From positions 1 through 37,755 of the forward strand of contig CAJBWJ010000058.1 in the NCBI GenBank assembly GCA_903959355.1: DNA of 37,755 bases. The letters are read 5' to 3'. This DNA is from an uncultured bacterium. GTDB taxonomy: Bacteria > Patescibacteriota > Microgenomatia > UBA1400 > PJMF01. The translations under genes were made by a program, and so were the position numbers. Below the pieces are notes generated by a model that was not told the origin of the DNA, ran no database searches, and worked only from the letters and a program-made list of their open reading frames with translations. This document shows, piece after piece, positions 8,312 to 17,635 of this stretch. The stretch's first letter is position 1. Each line of letters opens with the position of its first letter.

Positions 8312-9433
8312 TTATTTTTCTTTATAAGCCAGGATTAAAAGCTGATAAAGTTTGGCGCTACCATCCTGACGAAGTTGGTTCTTGGCCAAACTAAGGCGCA
8401 TATCTTTGTAGTTTTTTTCTAGATGATCGATGCTATCTAACAAAGTTGTGGAGCTCAAATATTTTTGCTGCAAAACTAGAGCTCCATTAATTTTCTGCAT
8501 CGTCAAAGCATTGGCTAATTGTTCATTTTGATAAGTATTTGGCAAAGGAACCAAGATTGCTGGAAGTGGGGCAAGAGACAGTTCTAAAACTGCATTGGCT
8601 CCAGATCTAGAAATGGCAAATTTAGCGTGTTGGTAAATCCAAAATAAATCTTCACCGTCAATCCATTCTTTAATGAAATATTTTTCTCTTAATTCTTTTG
8701 ACAAAGCTTTCTTTTTTTGCTCCAGCTCTTTAAATGAATCTTTAATTTTATTAGCTCTACCACATTGATGAACAATATAATAATTTGGCAGTAATTTTTC
8801 TAAATTATCTCCAATTAAATCATTGATGATAAAAGATCCTTGATTGCCACCCATAACTAGTAAAATATTTTTTGCTTCTGCTGGCAGCCATCCTGGTCTT
8901 TTAAGATCTTTGGCAAAAATCCTAGATCTGACTGGATTGCCAGTGACAACAAAATCTTTTCTTTTTAAATAAAGATTAGTTTCCTGATAAGAAATGGCAA
9001 CTTTGGAAGCAATTGTAGAAATAAATTGGTTAGCTTTACCCATTACCACTGTCTGTTCATGAGTAACCACAGGAATTCTCAAACTCTTAGCGGCAATAGC
9101 GAATGGTACTGCCAAATAAGAACCAAAGGAAAGAAAAAGATCTATTTTTTCATTAATTAGAATTTTTCTAGCCAAAGCAACTGTTTTTGGAAAAGCCAAA
9201 AAAGTACCAATCTTAGCTAAAAAAGAATAATTAACAAATTTAAAAGCCGCAAAAGGAATAAATTTTATTTTTCTTTTTTCTACCTCTTCTTTTTCAACAG
9301 CTTTTTGACCAAGTTTTTCCTGACTATATAAACGACCAACAAATAAAAGTTCATGCTCTGGATGACTAGCTTGAATGAAATCAATCATTGCGAGAGCAGG
9401 AGTTAAATGGGCACCGCTTAATAAAATTCTCAT
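8312..9433 (-). CDS. murG: UDP-GlcNAc:lipid I GlcNAc transferase MurG
   Basis: GAHLTPALA, FGSYLAVP, HEQT, TGNPVR, GGNQGS, SRSGA, ILVP...EQLANA (GT28). Confidence 0.92.
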   Translation of the reverse strand: MRILLSGAHLTPALAMIDFIQASHPEHELLFVGRLYSQEKLGQKAVEKEEVEKRKIKFIPFAAFKFVNYSFLAKIGTFLAFPKTVALARKILINEKIDLFLSFGSYLAVPFAIAAKSLRIPVVTHEQTVVMGKANQFISTIASKVAISYQETNLYLKRKDFVVTGNPVRSRIFAKDLKRPGWLPAEAKNILLVMGGNQGSFIINDLIGDNLEKLLPNYYIVHQCGRANKIKDSFKELEQKKKALSKELREKYFIKEWIDGEDLFWIYQHAKFAISRSGANAVLELSLAPLPAILVPLPNTYQNEQLANALTMQKINGALVLQQKYLSSTTLLDSIDHLEKNYKDMRLSLAKNQLRQDGSAKLYQLLILAYKEK

Positions 9434-9451
9434 ATTTAAGACAAAATAAAT

Positions 9452-10525
9452 TTACTTTTTAATCTTAGCATGTGAAGCAATCGAGAGTAAAACACCACTT
9501 GCAAAAAATGACATTAAAAGTGAAGAACCACCTTGAGAAAAGAATGGCAAAGGCATGCCACTTAATGGTAACAGTACCACCACAGCTGATAAATTAAATG
9601 ATAATTGAATAGCTATCCATGCCAAAATTCCGTAATAAAGCAAATGTTCATATTTAGTTAACACTTTATCTTTGACCATTAAATTGGCAAAAATAAAATA
9701 AAAAATAAACAAGCAAATAATTACAAAAGAACCAACAAAACCGACTTCTTCGGCCACAATAGCAAAGATTGAATCGCTACTTGCTTCCGGCACATAGGAA
9801 TATTTTTGCTGAGAATTACCGATACCTCTACCAAACCAAGAACCACCGCCTAGAGCCAAAGTAATTTGGCGCACATGATAAGAGTCTCCTTGAATATTTT
9901 CTTCTGGATTTAGAAAAGTTGTTAAGCGCTCTCTTCTATATGGACTAAATAAAACAACCAAGAGTGCAAGTAAAAAGCCTCCACCAAATAAAATTGATAA
10001 AAATTTTATTTTGCCTCCCGCTAAAAAATACATGATAATGCTACTCGCTACCAAAACCATCAATGAACCAAAATCAGGCTGAAGCAAAACTAAAAGTACT
10101 GGCCAAAATAAAAAAAATAAAAAACTACTTAGATCTAATTTCTTTGCTAAAAGATAAGCATAAAAATTAATCAAAACAAATTTAAAAACTTCTACCGTTT
10201 GAAGAGTTCCAAAAGGTAAAATAATCCAGCGACGAGCACCATTTAATTTAAGACCTATACCTGGAATTAAGGTTAGAATTAACAACAAAATCGCCAAAAT
10301 ATAAAATGGTAAAGCATATTTTTCAAAAAATTTAACTTTGATTTTGCTTGTCAAAAATAGAACTATAAAAGATAAAAAAAGCCAAATCCCTTGTTGTCTA
10401 AAAAAATAATATTGATGACCAAATAATTTAAAACTTTCAACCGTAGAAGCTTCGAAAACAAAAAAAAGACCAATTAAGGAAAGAGAGAAAATTAAGCCAA
10501 GAAAAAATTTAGAAGGCGATGACAT
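9452..10525 (-). CDS. ftsW: SEDS peptidoglycan polymerase FtsW
   Basis: GARRWI, LLQPDFGS, GRGIGNSQQK, PEASSDSIFAIVAEE (catalytic Asp), GMPLPFFSQGGSS. Start moved from 10570 (overlaps mraY) to ATG 10525. Confidence 0.93.
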   Translation of the reverse strand: MSSPSKFFLGLIFSLSLIGLFFVFEASTVESFKLFGHQYYFFRQQGIWLFLSFIVLFLTSKIKVKFFEKYALPFYILAILLLILTLIPGIGLKLNGARRWIILPFGTLQTVEVFKFVLINFYAYLLAKKLDLSSFLFFLFWPVLLVLLQPDFGSLMVLVASSIIMYFLAGGKIKFLSILFGGGFLLALLVVLFSPYRRERLTTFLNPEENIQGDSYHVRQITLALGGGSWFGRGIGNSQQKYSYVPEASSDSIFAIVAEEVGFVGSFVIICLFIFYFIFANLMVKDKVLTKYEHLLYYGILAWIAIQLSFNLSAVVVLLPLSGMPLPFFSQGGSSLLMSFFASGVLLSIASHAKIKK

Positions 10526-10544
10526 ATTCAAGTTAAGAGCACAA

Positions 10545-11588
10545 TTAAATAACTGCCAACCATACTCCAAAAATCGTCAGCATGATTTGAATTAGCCAAG
10601 CTCTTTGAACAATTTTTGGCTCAGCCCAGCCTCTTTCTTGGAAAGTTAAATGAAGAGGAGCGGCAGGCATAAGTTTCTTTTTTAAATATTTTTTGGAAAG
10701 CAATTGAATAAAAGAACTAGATATCTCAATCACAAAAATAAAACCAATGATTAAAAGCGCTAAAACCTTGCCAAGCAATAATCCAATCACTGCCAAAGTT
10801 GCTCCAAAAGCCATTGAGCCAACATCACCCATAAAAATTCTGGCTGGAAAAACATTAAAGTAAAGAAAAGAAATTAAAGATCCTATCCAAAGAGCTATAA
10901 AAACTGAGAGAGGAATATCCAAAATTGTGGAAGATAAAACCCATAAACCAAATAAAGAAAACATCAAAAGTCCCGCAGCTAAACCATCAAGACCGTCAGT
11001 AATATTAACTGCATTAGCAAAAGCCACGATCACAAAAGCTGCAAAAGGAATATATAAATATCCCAAATTAATCGTACCTACAAAAGGAATGTGCAAGATA
11101 GAAATTCCTAATTGAAAATAAATCATGCAAGCAATAACCACTGCCAAAATGACCTGCAAAATCAATTTTTGACGCATACGAAGACCAAAAAATTTACTAT
11201 CGTCAAAACGAAAAAACTTCTTTATATCATCATAAAGTCCCAAGATAGCAAAAGATAGAAAAGTAAAAAACAAAACATTAATTTCTGCCTGACTATTGCG
11301 ATGGATGCTAGTGATCTCAATTCCAAAATAGCTAAGAGCTGGAATCATTAAAGCAAAGAACAAAGACACCATAATAACAACTAATAAACCGCCGCCAACT
11401 GGCACACCAGCTTTATCAGCATGAAATTTGTCAAAAATAGGAGTTCTTTTGCCAAAAGCATCCAGAGTTTCTTGGTTGGCACGACGAAAACGTAATTTAT
11501 AAAGCAAATTAATAAATGGCACCACAGCGCTACTTGTCAGAGTAAAAGAGAAAATTAAAATACCGAGAAAAAGTGCTAATGATCCCAT
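10545..11588 (-). CDS. mraY: Phospho-MurNAc-pentapeptide transferase MraY
   Basis: PVGGG, GLYDD, NAVNITDGLDGLA, FMGDVGS, APLH motifs. Confidence 0.93.
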   Translation of the reverse strand: MGSLALFLGILIFSFTLTSSAVVPFINLLYKLRFRRANQETLDAFGKRTPIFDKFHADKAGVPVGGGLLVVIMVSLFFALMIPALSYFGIEITSIHRNSQAEINVLFFTFLSFAILGLYDDIKKFFRFDDSKFFGLRMRQKLILQVILAVVIACMIYFQLGISILHIPFVGTINLGYLYIPFAAFVIVAFANAVNITDGLDGLAAGLLMFSLFGLWVLSSTILDIPLSVFIALWIGSLISFLYFNVFPARIFMGDVGSMAFGATLAVIGLLLGKVLALLIIGFIFVIEISSSFIQLLSKKYLKKKLMPAAPLHLTFQERGWAEPKIVQRAWLIQIMLTIFGVWLAVI

Positions 11589-11598
11589 AGAATTCTTT

Positions 11599-12924
11599 CT
11601 ATATAACTCTTTCTATCTTAGCACCCATGAGAATCAATTTCTCATCTATTTTCTGGTAACCACGCTCTACTTGTTCGATATTATGTAAAATTGTTTTACC
11701 CTTAGCGCCAATTGCTGCCAGAAGAATTGTGGCTCCAGCTCGTAAATCATGAATGGTAAATTCGCCACCCGTAAAATTGGTTGGTCCAAATATCTTAATA
11801 GCATGACGGTCACTCTCACGATGATCCTGCCAATTAAAATTATAGAAAGCATCAGGATTTTTGACAGTTGGATTGAAGTATTCAATCTTAGCGCCCATTG
11901 TTCTTAAATCTTCAACATATTGGAAACGATTTTGCATTACCGTCTCGTGAATAATACTTTCACCATTGCACTGGCAAAGCAGAGTTGCAAAAAGAGGCTG
12001 CCAATCAGTCATAAAACCAGGATGAATTTCTGTTTCTAGATCAGTAGCACTCATCGGGCCTTTATAATAAAAACGAATTCCATAATCACCGATTTCATAA
12101 CCAGCACCAATTTCATCTAATTTGTCTAGAAAAGCCTTAAGATCCTTCTGCCTGGCATTTTCTACAACGATATCGCCCTTAGTGGCAATTGCGGCACAAG
12201 CATAGCTAACTGCTTCGTTACGATCTGGCATAATTTTATGAATTGCTCCATCAAGTTTTTCAACACCCTCAATTTCAATTTTACGGAAAGAGCGGCGGCG
12301 GATTTTGGCCCCCATTTGATTAAGGAAAGAAATTAGGTCATCGATTTCTGGTTCTTCGGCAGCATTTTCCAAAATAGTTTTACCTTTGGCCAAAACCGCC
12401 GCCATAATCAAAGTTTCTGTTCCAGTGTGAGTATTTTTTTCAAAACGATAAGTACAACCTCTAAGCTCTTTGCAGGTGGCCTTAAGCATTCCGTCTTCCT
12501 GAACAAACTTGGCTCCCATCATTTCTAGTCCCATCATGTGACGCTCCAGAGGGCGTTTGCCAATTTTATCTCCACCAGGAAGTGGTACTTCGGCATGACC
12601 AAATTTGGCCAAAAGAACTGGAATAAACAGAGTAGAGGCACGAGATTGCTCGCCATGCTTAGCTTGGACAGCATGAAAACGAAAGTTGCGAGTGTCAATA
12701 AAAAAGGTACGTTCGCCCACACGATAAGCTTTAGCGCCTAGTTCATTGATAATTTGAGCAACTAAATCAACATCGGAAATATCTGGTAAATTAAGCAAGC
12801 GACTTTCTTTGCTTCCGAGAAGCGCCGCAATCATGAGTTTATAAGAAGCATTTTTGGCTCCACCAACTCTAACTGAGCCATAAAGTGGAGTACCTCCAGT
12901 AACTACAAAACTTGCCTTGTCCAT
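11599..12924 (-). CDS. murA: UDP-GlcNAc enolpyruvyl transferase MurA (Asp at the catalytic Cys position)
   Basis: GAKNA, RAS, LPGGDKIGKRP, NAAEEPEI, PGFMTDWQ, DLRAG, RGY motifs. Confidence 0.95.
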   Translation of the reverse strand: MDKASFVVTGGTPLYGSVRVGGAKNASYKLMIAALLGSKESRLLNLPDISDVDLVAQIINELGAKAYRVGERTFFIDTRNFRFHAVQAKHGEQSRASTLFIPVLLAKFGHAEVPLPGGDKIGKRPLERHMMGLEMMGAKFVQEDGMLKATCKELRGCTYRFEKNTHTGTETLIMAAVLAKGKTILENAAEEPEIDDLISFLNQMGAKIRRRSFRKIEIEGVEKLDGAIHKIMPDRNEAVSYACAAIATKGDIVVENARQKDLKAFLDKLDEIGAGYEIGDYGIRFYYKGPMSATDLETEIHPGFMTDWQPLFATLLCQCNGESIIHETVMQNRFQYVEDLRTMGAKIEYFNPTVKNPDAFYNFNWQDHRESDRHAIKIFGPTNFTGGEFTIHDLRAGATILLAAIGAKGKTILHNIEQVERGYQKIDEKLILMGAKIERVI

Positions 12925-12942
12925 AAGCTATTTTCTTTCTAT

Positions 12943-13905
12943 TTACCTTAAATAAAAAACTTCTTCTTTTAGAATAACATTAAATTTTTCTAAAACTATA
13001 GATTTAACTTTTTCGATTAAAGTTACTACATCTTTTGCTTTGCCATGACCAAGATTCACAAAAAAAGCAGCATGCTTTTCACTGACTTGAATATCTCCTT
13101 CTTTAGTTCCTTTCAAACCTGCCTGTTCGATTAAAAAACCTGCTGGAACAAACTGTACTTCCGCAAATTGTGGAAAGATTTTTTTTAGATGCTCATCATT
13201 GGGAGGATTTTGAAAAACACAGCCACAACTTGGCAAATCCAGTGGTTGTGTGAGAGAGCGTTTCTCAATTGAAGCTGCAACTTTTTGCTTGACCTCATCT
13301 GGAGATGATTTCTTTAACGCAAAAAACGCAGAAAATATAAGAAGGTTTTTATTCTTTTGAAAAACTGATTGCTCATAAGCAAATTCACATTTTTCACGTG
13401 TTAATAGAACAATTTCTTCTTTTTCCAGATCAAAAGTTTCTACTTGCTCGATACTGTCACCAATTAAATCTTTAAGATAATGAGCATTATTGTAGATAGC
13501 TCCACCAAGAACTCCTGGAACACCAATGAAACCCTCTAGGCCTCCACCTCCAAGAGCGGCAACTTTGCCAACGAGAGCAGAGGTTTTTATTCCTGCATCA
13601 GCTTGAATAAGTAATTTATCTTCTGCCTCTGAAACAATTTTTAATTCAGCAAAATCCAAGCTAAGCACCAAACCTTTTACGCCTTCGTCAGCGATGATGA
13701 CATTGCTAGAGCCGCCTAAAATACTAAATCTAATATTTTCTTTTTTGCAAAAAAGTAATAAATCAATTGCTTCTTGACGATTTTTTGCAGAATAAAAAAC
13801 TTCGGCATTACCGCCTATTTTGAAATAACTCTTTTGATCAAGAGAAAAATCAAACAAGAAATTAAATGAAGGAAAATGTTGTCTAAAAAGTTGTTCTAGA
13901 TTCAT
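12943..13905 (-). CDS. murB: UDP-N-acetylenolpyruvoylglucosamine reductase MurB
   Basis: FKIGG, LGGSSNV, GVPGVLGGA, PSCGCVFQNP, SEKHAAFFVN, EEV. ATG 13905 preferred because ATG 13917 lies within the putative -10. Confidence 0.93.
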   Translation of the reverse strand: MNLEQLFRQHFPSFNFLFDFSLDQKSYFKIGGNAEVFYSAKNRQEAIDLLLFCKKENIRFSILGGSSNVIIADEGVKGLVLSLDFAELKIVSEAEDKLLIQADAGIKTSALVGKVAALGGGGLEGFIGVPGVLGGAIYNNAHYLKDLIGDSIEQVETFDLEKEEIVLLTREKCEFAYEQSVFQKNKNLLIFSAFFALKKSSPDEVKQKVAASIEKRSLTQPLDLPSCGCVFQNPPNDEHLKKIFPQFAEVQFVPAGFLIEQAGLKGTKEGDIQVSEKHAAFFVNLGHGKAKDVVTLIEKVKSIVLEKFNVILKEEVFYLR

Positions 13906-13915
13906 AATCTCCACC

Positions 13916-13924
13916 ATTCTAACA
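13916..13924 (-). promoter_or_regulatory. Extended -10 promoter of the murB...ftsZ cluster
   Basis: TG-T-TAGAAT, 10 nt before ATG 13905. Confidence 0.55.
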
Positions 13925-13950
13925 CGAGAGTGCTCCTTAAAAACAAGGTT

Positions 13951-13956
13951 TATAAT
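13951..13956 (+). promoter_or_regulatory. -10 element for probable leaderless truB
   Basis: TATAAT exactly 6 nt before the in-frame GTG at 13963. Confidence 0.55.
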
Positions 13957-13962
13957 GACCTT

Positions 13963-14661
13963 GTGTTAAATATAAAACCAGGTATTTATCTAGTAGATAA
14001 GCCAAGTGGTCCAAGTAGTCACGATATTGTCAATTATTTCAGGAAAAAAAGCGGAATTAAAAGAGTTGGTCATTGCGGCACTCTCGATCCGCTCGCTTCA
14101 GGCTTATTAATCATTCTTGTGAGTCGAGAATATACCAGAAAACAGACTCTTTATTTAAAAAAAGATAAAGAGTATCTGGTGGAAGCTGTGCTAGGCATCG
14201 AAACCGATAGTTATGATCAAACTGGCCGCATTGTTAAAGAAATCCCTTGGGAAAAACTCAAAGAAATAAATAAAAAAGACTTGCAAAAAATTTTGCCAGA
14301 ATTTAAAGGTCAAATCGAACAAACAGTTCCTATCTTTTCCGCTGTCAAAATTAAAGGTCAAAAACTCTATCAAAAAGCCAGAAGAGGAGAGCTTGTCAAT
14401 TTACCAAGCCGCTTAATTGAAATTAAAAAATTAACTCTTAAAAAATTTCAAAAAGACGTCTCAAAGCAAAAAATTAATTTTGAATTATTAGTAAATTGCT
14501 CAAGTGGAACCTACATTCGATCTCTTATTCATGATCTGGGTAAAAAATTAGGCTGTGGAGCAACAGTAACTGTTTTGCGTCGCACTAAAATAGATAAATT
14601 TAGCGTGAAAAAAGCAAATAAATTATTACTTAGTGAATTTAAAATGGACTGGGATAACTAG
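13963..14661 (+). CDS. truB: tRNA pseudouridine-55 synthase TruB (short form)
   Basis: DKPSGPSSHD, GHCGTLDPLASG (catalytic Asp), KEY, PIFSAVK, CSSGTYIRSL. Start probably GTG 13963 rather than 13930. Confidence 0.95.
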   Translation: MLNIKPGIYLVDKPSGPSSHDIVNYFRKKSGIKRVGHCGTLDPLASGLLIILVSREYTRKQTLYLKKDKEYLVEAVLGIETDSYDQTGRIVKEIPWEKLKEINKKDLQKILPEFKGQIEQTVPIFSAVKIKGQKLYQKARRGELVNLPSRLIEIKKLTLKKFQKDVSKQKINFELLVNCSSGTYIRSLIHDLGKKLGCGATVTVLRRTKIDKFSVKKANKLLLSEFKMDWDN

Positions 14662-15226
14662 ACTTACCAATTGGACTGATGGCGGCAGGCGGCCAGTATC
14701 TAAAAAAGACTCTGCCGACAATTTCATCCTTGGTAATTGCTCCCCAAGCTCTAGAATCACTAGAGTAAGGTCTGTTGTCACCAGAAACAAAATACTCATT
14801 TGGACCCAAGTAAACACCCTTACCTTTAGTAGCATTACCAGGCATAATTGCGTAATCGCTTGGAATGTATGGCTCTGGCAATTTTCCACCGTTTACCCAA
14901 ACAGCGTTTTCTTTAACTTCAACTGTATCTCCAGGAACGCCAAGCACTCTTTTAATAAAATCACAACCAGTTCCTTCTGGACAGTTGGCAGCTGGCGGAG
15001 CGTGAAAAACAACTACTTCGCCTCTTTGAGGATCTCTCATCTTAAAAGTCACTTTATCAGTTAAAACATGTTCGCCACTTTGAAAATTTGGTACCATCGA
15101 TTGACCATTAACTTGGTGAGGTTGCAGAAAAAACAAATAAACCACTAAAAAAATAGAAAAAGAAATTGCCATTGTTTCTATTAGATCGAGGAAAGTAGCG
15201 CCAATCTTCTCCATAGGATTACTCAT
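14639..15226 (-). CDS. lepB: Signal peptidase I
   Basis: TM helix, GQSMVPN (catalytic Ser), FIKRVLG (catalytic Lys), GDNRPYSSDSRAWG. Start is 15226 or 15214; 15238 overlaps the putative -10. Confidence 0.95.
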   Translation of the reverse strand: MSNPMEKIGATFLDLIETMAISFSIFLVVYLFFLQPHQVNGQSMVPNFQSGEHVLTDKVTFKMRDPQRGEVVVFHAPPAANCPEGTGCDFIKRVLGVPGDTVEVKENAVWVNGGKLPEPYIPSDYAIMPGNATKGKGVYLGPNEYFVSGDNRPYSSDSRAWGAITKDEIVGRVFFRYWPPAAISPIGKSSYPSPF

Positions 15227-15236
15227 AACAGAGGAC

Positions 15237-15290
15237 ATGTTACTACTTTTTGAAGGCAGCTTGCAAGCAGCAGCGTCTTTAACCTACAAT
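15237..15290. promoter_or_regulatory. Bidirectional promoter with a shared palindromic -35
   Basis: TTGCAA at 15261-15266; on +, 18 nt then TACAAT (15285-15290); on -, 18 nt then TAACAT (15242-15237). Confidence 0.55.
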
Positions 15291-15297
15291 ATAAAAT

Positions 15298-16521
15298 GTG
15301 AGCTATCAAAAACACGCTATCGCTGGCTTTAGCTGGCAAACTTTGGAAAAACTTTTTACAACAGGTTTGAGTTTTTTAAAGATTTTTATCTTGGCCAGAT
15401 TACTTGGTCCAGAGCAATTTGGACTTTTTTCTCTAGTAATGATTGCGCTTGGCACTACAGAAAGTATCACTCAAACTGGTGTTAATATCACCATGCTGCA
15501 ATCTAAACAACCAATTAAATATTTTCTAGACACAGCTTTTGTAATTTCCATCATTAGAGGTTTCCTAATTGGTTCACTGATGATTTTGATAGGCTATTTG
15601 ATGGCTAATTATTACAATGAACCAAGTTTATTTCCAATGATTGCTGTTGTTGCGCTTGTGCCAATCATTAAAGGCTTTATTAATCCTGCTATTGTTAGTT
15701 GGCAAAAAAGTTTTCAATTTTCTAAAGACAGCCTTTACGCTTCGCTGCGTTTAACTGTAGAAACAATTGCGCAAATTGTTTTAGCCTTCACAATTCATTC
15801 AGTCTGGGCCTTGTGTCTTGGAGTCATCGTTGGGGCTCTTTTTGAAGTAATCTTATCCTTCCTAATGTTAAAAGAAAAACCAGTTTTTCATTATATAAAA
15901 AGTAGAGGAGAAGCTATTTTTAAAAATGCTAAATGGCTTAGTTTAAGTAGTCTCTTGAGTTATTTGAATGACAATATTGATGATTTTTTACTTGGCAAAA
16001 TTGTCGGCACTTATAAATTGGGTATCTATCACAATGCTTATGCCTTAAGTCATAAGGCTAATTATGAACTATCAAAATCAGCCTATCATGGAGTGATCCC
16101 TATCTTTACCAAGATGACAGAAGATCATGAAAAAGCACGTCTCAGAAGAGCTTTTTATAAATCTATGATTTCTACTTTAATTATAGTTTCTCTAGTTTCC
16201 TTACCTTTAATATTTTTTCCAAAGCTTTTAGTCAGCATATTGCTTGGAGAACAATGGCTTGAAGCAGTAGATATTCTTAGAATTTTAACTTTTGCCGGAC
16301 TCGTACACACTGTGGCCAATGTCAGCTATGCCTTAATCATAGCCAAGAAAAAATATCTTTATTTGAATCTACACATGATTACTTCTTTAGTTTTAATGGT
16401 TGCTGGAATTGTTTTATTTGGCAAAAGCTATGGCCTGATTGGAGCGGTTTCTGGAATTTTACTTGCCAGAAGCATTGCTCTGCCAATTGCTCTTTTAGGA
16501 GCTAAAAAAAGTTTAGAATAA
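15298..16521 (+). CDS. Oligosaccharide flippase (Wzx/PST family, MOP superfamily)
   Basis: ILARLLGPEQFGLF, DDFLLGKIVG..LGIYHNAY, LLGEQW motifs; many TM helices. Confidence 0.88.
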   Translation: MSYQKHAIAGFSWQTLEKLFTTGLSFLKIFILARLLGPEQFGLFSLVMIALGTTESITQTGVNITMLQSKQPIKYFLDTAFVISIIRGFLIGSLMILIGYLMANYYNEPSLFPMIAVVALVPIIKGFINPAIVSWQKSFQFSKDSLYASLRLTVETIAQIVLAFTIHSVWALCLGVIVGALFEVILSFLMLKEKPVFHYIKSRGEAIFKNAKWLSLSSLLSYLNDNIDDFLLGKIVGTYKLGIYHNAYALSHKANYELSKSAYHGVIPIFTKMTEDHEKARLRRAFYKSMISTLIIVSLVSLPLIFFPKLLVSILLGEQWLEAVDILRILTFAGLVHTVANVSYALIIAKKKYLYLNLHMITSLVLMVAGIVLFGKSYGLIGAVSGILLARSIALPIALLGAKKSLE

Positions 16522-16522
16522 T

Positions 16523-17635
16523 ATGAAATTTTTCTTGATTGCTTTAGTTTTTTTACTTTCACTTGGACAGCTACAAAGAATTCAGCTCACAAATAGCATT
16601 GCTTTTTATTTGCATGATTTGCTCATCATTGGTTTTCTACTTAAAGAACTTTTTACTGCAATCGTGCAAAGAAAAAAAATTATAGAATATTTAAAAAAAA
16701 TAAAAATTTTTCAAAAAAAAATACTTTTAGTTTTTTTAATAATGGTTTTTCTATCTTGGATGATAACTTTTGTGGAAGGACGCTTTGATTTTAAAGCAAT
16801 TTTATATTTAGCTCGTTTAATCAGCTATGTGGTCTTTGTTTTTCTAGTTCAAAAGAAGCTAAAAAACAAAAGTTGGTTGTGGAGACTAGTCTCTTTTAAC
16901 ATTCTTTTAGTTGGATTTTTACAATATTTATTCTTGCCAGACTTGCGTTTTTTAATTTATGAAGGTTATGACGATCATTTCTATAGATTGGTCAGCACTA
17001 TCATGGATCCTGCTTTTACTGGTCTTATTTTTGTTTTTAATTTGAATTATTACCTGTGGCAAAAGAAAAGAAATTGGGCCTTAATTGCACTCTTCGCAAC
17101 AGGCTTACTTCTAACTTATTCCAGGTCTTCGTATTTGGCCTTTTTGCTCAGTAGTTTATTTTTATTTTTTTCTGATAGAAATTCTGCCAAAAAAGCGATT
17201 CTATCTATTCTCATTTGTTTCTTTATTAGCTTGCCATTTTTGCCAAAGCAAAGTGGAGGAGATGGAGTTGACTTACTTCGCACCAGTTCTACCGTAGCTA
17301 TAATTAGCAATGATCAAGAAATTCTAAAAGAGATAAAAGGTGTGGAGTGGCTCTTTGGGAAAGGTCTATTTATCCCAAGTCAAAATAGACAAACTACTCT
17401 AAACATTCCGACTCATTCTCATTTTGCTGACAATCTCTTCGTTTTCATCATCAGTAATCTCGGAATTATTGGCAGCATAACATTGATTATTTTGATTTGG
17501 GAAACTTTAAAACTTGGTAAAAAGCAGAATGCAGTGTTACTAATTAGTTTGATAACTAACGCAATGTTTAACAACAATCTTACCCAAAGTTTTGTGGTCT
17601 TAATTTTTCTTGGATTTTGTCTGTCAGAAGATTAG
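16523..17635 (+). CDS. O-antigen ligase / Wzy_C-like polytopic membrane protein
   Basis: R-LVSTIMDP, LLLTYSRSSY, LFGKG, H...DN motifs typical of WaaL/Wzy-like proteins; 1 nt after the flippase. Confidence 0.75.
   Translation: MKFFLIALVFLLSLGQLQRIQLTNSIAFYLHDLLIIGFLLKELFTAIVQRKKIIEYLKKIKIFQKKILLVFLIMVFLSWMITFVEGRFDFKAILYLARLISYVVFVFLVQKKLKNKSWLWRLVSFNILLVGFLQYLFLPDLRFLIYEGYDDHFYRLVSTIMDPAFTGLIFVFNLNYYLWQKKRNWALIALFATGLLLTYSRSSYLAFLLSSLFLFFSDRNSAKKAILSILICFFISLPFLPKQSGGDGVDLLRTSSTVAIISNDQEILKEIKGVEWLFGKGLFIPSQNRQTTLNIPTHSHFADNLFVFIISNLGIIGSITLIILIWETLKLGKKQNAVLLISLITNAMFNNNLTQSFVVLIFLGFCLSED

Noticed and set aside
14633-15064. 143-aa plus-strand ORF following truB, considered as a frameshifted TruB C-terminal domain
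   Set aside because: Lies antisense to lepB and shows no PUA-like features; short TruB proteins are common.
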